Below are positions 61,191-64,000 of a stretch of 64,000 nucleotides of DNA, in pieces. The notes under the pieces are model-generated. The model worked only from the letters and a program-made list of their open reading frames with translations, ran no database searches and had not been told where the DNA came from. The stretch is from an uncultured delta proteobacterium (GTDB lineage Bacteria; Desulfobacterota; Binatia; UBA9968). The position numbers and the translations under genes are program-made. The stretch's first letter is position 1, and every line of letters starts with the position of its first letter. The DNA is taken from NCBI GenBank assembly GCA_963737905.1, contig CAVTUQ010000012.1, positions 96,001 to 160,000 of the forward strand. The letters are read 5' to 3'.

Positions 61191-62066
61191 CTAGTCCTGA
61201 ATCAGGCTCCTCAGCAGCGTTAAGTTTTCTTTATCTTCTTTCAGGTCCGGGCCCTTCGGCGTCTCCAAGCACATGGGTAATCCCCAAAAGCGCTGGTCGT
61301 TAAGCAGTAGACGGAAGGCTTCGACACCGATGTGGCCTTTCCCGATGTGCTCATGACGGTCTACGCGAGAATTAAATTCCTTCTTTGAGTCATTCAAATG
61401 AAAAGCCGCTAGGCGGTCAATGCCGATCTCTTCATCGAAATCCGTGAACGTTCGCTCGTAACCTTCCTTTGTCCGAATGTCATACCCTGCGGCGAAGGCA
61501 TGCTCGGTGTCGAAGCAGACTCTGAGCCGATCGCTTTCTTTGGTTGCGTCAAACATTCTAGCGATCTGTTCGAAGCGGTAGCCGAGATTGGAGCCCTGGC
61601 CGGCCGTGATCTCGAGTGTGACCTTCACATTATAGCCGGGGCAGGCCTTGTGGACCTCGTCCAGTGAATGAGCAATGGTCTTTATACCTTCGTCTTCGCC
61701 GGCGCCCACGTGGGAGCCAGGATGAGCGATCAAATTCGACACGCCCAGGATTTCGCACCGTTCCAACTCGTCGATGAAGGCGGCTACCGAACGCTTTCGC
61801 AAAGAACCATCGGGCGAACCCAAATTGAGCAGATAGGAATCATGGGCAATCACGGTGGTGATTCCGGTGGCTTTCCGATTCAAATCAAACAGCTCGATTT
61901 CTTCCTTTGTGCAAGGCTTGGCCGCCCATTGGCGCGACGACTTCGTGAAGATCTGAATCGCGTCGCAATCTACAGTCTTACCCAGGAGCAGGGATTTATC
62001 GACGCCTCCCGCGATGGACATATGGGCGCCCAGGAGCGGGCGGGGCGGTTTCTCTTTCTGTTTCAT
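61191..62066 (-). CDS. nfo: Endonuclease IV
   Basis: LGAHMSIAGG, HDSYLLNL, HPG, LEITAGQG, CFDTEH, HLNDSK, DRHEHIG. Confidence 0.96.
   Translation of the reverse strand: MKQKEKPPRPLLGAHMSIAGGVDKSLLLGKTVDCDAIQIFTKSSRQWAAKPCTKEEIELFDLNRKATGITTVIAHDSYLLNLGSPDGSLRKRSVAAFIDELERCEILGVSNLIAHPGSHVGAGEDEGIKTIAHSLDEVHKACPGYNVKVTLEITAGQGSNLGYRFEQIARMFDATKESDRLRVCFDTEHAFAAGYDIRTKEGYERTFTDFDEEIGIDRLAAFHLNDSKKEFNSRVDRHEHIGKGHIGVEAFRLLLNDQRFWGLPMCLETPKGPDLKEDKENLTLLRSLIQD
61327..61373. repeat. 47-bp direct repeat core (copy 2, inside nfo)
   Basis: Identical to 57518-57564. Confidence 0.9.
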
Positions 62067-62071
62067 AACAT

Positions 62072-62166
62072 TTTGAACGTCTTGAACTTTTTGAACGGTT
62101 TGAACCATTGCTATATTCCGCCCGCGTTCAAACCGTTTAAGCCGTTCAAAGCGTTCAAGTCGTTCA
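62072..62166. repeat. Nonamer fold-back repeat (TTTGAAC..)n ... (GTTCAAA..)n
   Basis: tttgaacgt cttgaactt tttgaacgg tttgaacca / gttcaaacc gtttaagcc gttcaaagc gttcaagtc. Confidence 0.8.
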
Positions 62167-63774
62167 TCCAGTAAAGTGTCTCTTTTCTACCAGCGGTAGC
62201 GAAATACTGCCGGCGCTTAGCAACTTGTCGTGAAACTCACGGAGATTGAAGCGCGATTCGAGGCGGATCTGCTCCCGGTCCCGCAACCGATTGATGATCG
62301 ACCAACCCAGGGCATAGCCCATCGGCCCGGAGGGCGATTGGCTGTACCAGTTCAAATCTGCGCAGGCTTGAGCGCGCGGGAAATGGAGTTCTCGGACCAT
62401 CAACTCCGCGGCCTCGTCATAGGTCATCCGGCCGGTCTGTGTTTTGACGTCGATGATGATGCGCAGCGCGCGCCAAAGCCGATCTTTGAGCATGACAAAC
62501 CGGTGCTCCTTGGTTTTTAGAAAACCTTGCTCCTGCATAAGCTGCTCACAATAGAGTGCCCAGCCTTCGTAGAACACAGAGGACTCGTTCATCAGCCGCG
62601 GCAAGGTGGAGGCTGCGGCGATCGAGTTGGCAACCGAAAACTGCAGGTGATGGCCGGGATAGCTTTCGTGGACCGAAGTATTCTCCAACCCTACCCAGTT
62701 GTGCTCCCTGAGCAAATCATCATCCGTTACCGGTGTAACATAGTAGTAGCCGACCTGATCGGGATCTTTCGGCGAGGGCGATAAATAAGCGGCGAAGGGA
62801 ATCTCATGGCGGCGAAACTCCGGTGTGTGGACGACGTGCAGCTCTTCTTTCGGCGGAAAAGAGACCAGATCCTTTTCTCTGACAAACTCGCGCGCGGATT
62901 CCATCGCTTTCTGGTAGGCGGAAAGGATTTGATCGATGGGCGGATGGTTGTCCTGGATCTTACGGGCGACCTCTTCGATGTTCTTCCCGGGCGCCAGTTC
63001 ATCCGCGAGAGCTGTGAGTTCTCGCTTCGTCTTGGCAAAAAGCTCTTCACCCAGAGCCAGGAGGCTCTGCGCATCATGATTCAGAAAATGTTTTTTCTTT
63101 AGCAGGAGATTGTAATGTTCCTCGCCGACCGCATAGACGCCTTGGCTCCGCGGCAAAAGCTCGTGCTCGAGAAAGTTCGCGTAGCGATTAATGGCGTGTT
63201 TTGCAGTATCCACCGCCGAGCGAAGCGCTACGGTGTCCCTAACTCCACTTTGAACTTTCGGATGGTCCGGCAGGCTATCGAGAAAGCTCACCCCGCCCTT
63301 GGCGCTCTCGATGGCCATCTCTGTCCAAAGGCGTGGTGGATTAGCATCGGGGCGGCTGAGATTAGCGATGCCTTGCTGGATCACAGCGGGCGTCCGGTTC
63401 AGCCGGTTCAATAGATTTCCAGCCAGATCGTTGGTTGAGCGCACCGTGAGAATATAGATTGCGTCCACTGGCAGATAAGTGTCGGGCCACTTCAGGCGGT
63501 AATCTTCTTTTGTGTGTTCATAGCGTTGAATGGTTAGACGACCCTCGAGCAGGGCGTAATCGATGACCTGATCTCTGTCGAGCTCTCTGACGCGAATTTG
63601 CTGGAGCGTTTTTAACGACTCTTCTACGAAGATTTTTTCGGCTCGATAGATCTCCTCGGAGTAGTCATTGAGCAGGTGATCGTAGCCTTCGATGCCATAG
63701 TAGATAGCCTCGCTGGGATGAAGCTCAAAATATTTTTTAAAGTAGTCAGTGCAGAAATCGGTGAAAGAAGACAT
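62164..63774 (-). CDS. DUF885 family protein (metallopeptidase-like)
   Basis: HESYPGHHLQ, EGWALYCE, LWRALRIIID, F.LREFHD.LL..GS. Confidence 0.92.
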   Translation of the reverse strand: MSSFTDFCTDYFKKYFELHPSEAIYYGIEGYDHLLNDYSEEIYRAEKIFVEESLKTLQQIRVRELDRDQVIDYALLEGRLTIQRYEHTKEDYRLKWPDTYLPVDAIYILTVRSTNDLAGNLLNRLNRTPAVIQQGIANLSRPDANPPRLWTEMAIESAKGGVSFLDSLPDHPKVQSGVRDTVALRSAVDTAKHAINRYANFLEHELLPRSQGVYAVGEEHYNLLLKKKHFLNHDAQSLLALGEELFAKTKRELTALADELAPGKNIEEVARKIQDNHPPIDQILSAYQKAMESAREFVREKDLVSFPPKEELHVVHTPEFRRHEIPFAAYLSPSPKDPDQVGYYYVTPVTDDDLLREHNWVGLENTSVHESYPGHHLQFSVANSIAAASTLPRLMNESSVFYEGWALYCEQLMQEQGFLKTKEHRFVMLKDRLWRALRIIIDVKTQTGRMTYDEAAELMVRELHFPRAQACADLNWYSQSPSGPMGYALGWSIINRLRDREQIRLESRFNLREFHDKLLSAGSISLPLVEKRHFTG

Positions 63775-64000
63775 TCCAATCCCTTATCACCTTAGCCCAC
63801 ATGCTTCAATTTTGGGGTGGAAGCCCTGAATCTGGTTTGTGCTTTCTGTAGATGCAGGATGATGCCACGCCACTTCCGTCAGGTGAAACCGCAATCTGAG
63901 GCGCTACGCGTAAATTTGTCGTCTTAGGTATTGGCCGACCGAAGCATCGGTAACTTTGGCCCGGGGTTCGCCCTCTGGCCATTCCATGACGATATGGCCC

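Noticed and set aside
63905-64000. Possible 3' end of a minus-strand gene at the window edge
   Set aside because: About 30 codons with no recognisable motif; cannot be supported

Overview
This is a gene-dense 64 kb bacterial chromosome segment with no rRNA, tRNA or CRISPR array visible. The many solitary substrate-binding proteins, LLM, CoA-transferase and cupin catabolic genes and short-period palindromic intergenic repeats suggest a Binatota-like (deltaproteobacterial) soil genome; this is inference only. About ten single-base frameshifts, clustered at 18-24.5 kb, suggest long-read consensus errors. Ordinary content includes a catabolic acyl-CoA/ThDP cluster, a PIN/AbrB toxin-antitoxin pair, a MsrP-like molybdoenzyme with a cytochrome b, a GH63 hydrolase, ExeA, Hsp20, rnr, AsmA, a lower paa-like beta-oxidation operon, AhpC, VIT1, nfo and DUF885. 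Five things stand out. (1) A 3.6 kb AT-richer island sits between nfo and a second copy of the nfo 3' end sharing a 47-bp identical core; it encodes a 943-aa Cas4/RecB-like + RNase H-like exonuclease + IS66 DDE fusion and a small-protein/aspartyl-protease pair, with no integrase or terminal repeats visible. (2) A cluster holds three heme-oxygenase-like diiron (TenA/PqqC/CADD-type) proteins, a bicupin, a His-rich orphan EutA-like ATPase and a binding protein. (3) A TIR-transmembrane-FGE/C-lectin protein has a receptor-like layout. (4) A Geobacter-PilA-like pilin has e-pilin aromatic spacing. (5) A family of heptamer/nonamer fold-back repeats occupies gene junctions.
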